64,000 nt of DNA from Azolla caroliniana. Its lineage: Eukaryota; Plantae; Polypodiophyta. The stretch is from the NCBI GenBank assembly GCA_043228905.1, contig JBHGNT010000017.1:15066001-15130000 (forward strand), written 5' to 3'. The notes beneath the pieces are model-generated. The model was not told where the DNA came from and did no database searches. It saw only the letters and a program-made list of their open reading frames with translations. A program made the translations under genes and the position numbers. Positions 63,781 through 64,000 of the stretch are shown here, one piece after another (positions within the stretch are counted from its first letter, which is position 1; the number at the start of each line of letters is the position of its first letter).

Positions 63781-64000
63781 CTTCCTATTTATTAAATCGA
63801 GTACTTTATACATTTTTCACGTAGTGTACAAAATACACAACGACAACGGCCATAAATTGGTACCTTGCTAGAGAGAACACATACCATTTCATGGGATGCC
63901 AAGCCTTCATAACCCGAATGCGGGAATATTTTATCCCACCAAATGAAACAACTCATTTGATGGATGAATGGAGTAAATTAAGGCAAGGCGAGGGGAGTTT

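Overview
Eukaryotic plant DNA. An intact IFT52 gene points to a lineage with flagellated sperm, such as a fern, lycophyte or bryophyte. Positions ~1-48 kb are a nested retrotransposon pile: three Ty3/Gypsy elements, several Ty1/Copia elements (one fully intact), solo LTRs, a miniature LTR derivative, an L1 LINE and an RTEX/CR1-like LINE. Positions 49.6-61.2 kb hold two intact spliced minus-strand genes, quinolinate phosphoribosyltransferase (QPT, 10 exons) and IFT52 (13 exons), followed by a decayed Copia. Most notable observations: (i) a ~1.6 kb hairpin-dense, apparently intronic leader in a young chromovirus, containing a repeat-spacer array of five palindromic units; (ii) a ~15 kb inversion inferred from two reciprocal junctions that split a LINE ORF1 and probably an LTR; (iii) a GC-rich Gypsy resembling fungal elements; (iv) non-canonical TG..TA LTR ends; (v) a length-conserving (CT)n to (GT)n switch between two LTRs of one element. 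All coordinates were read by eye and may be off by a few bases.
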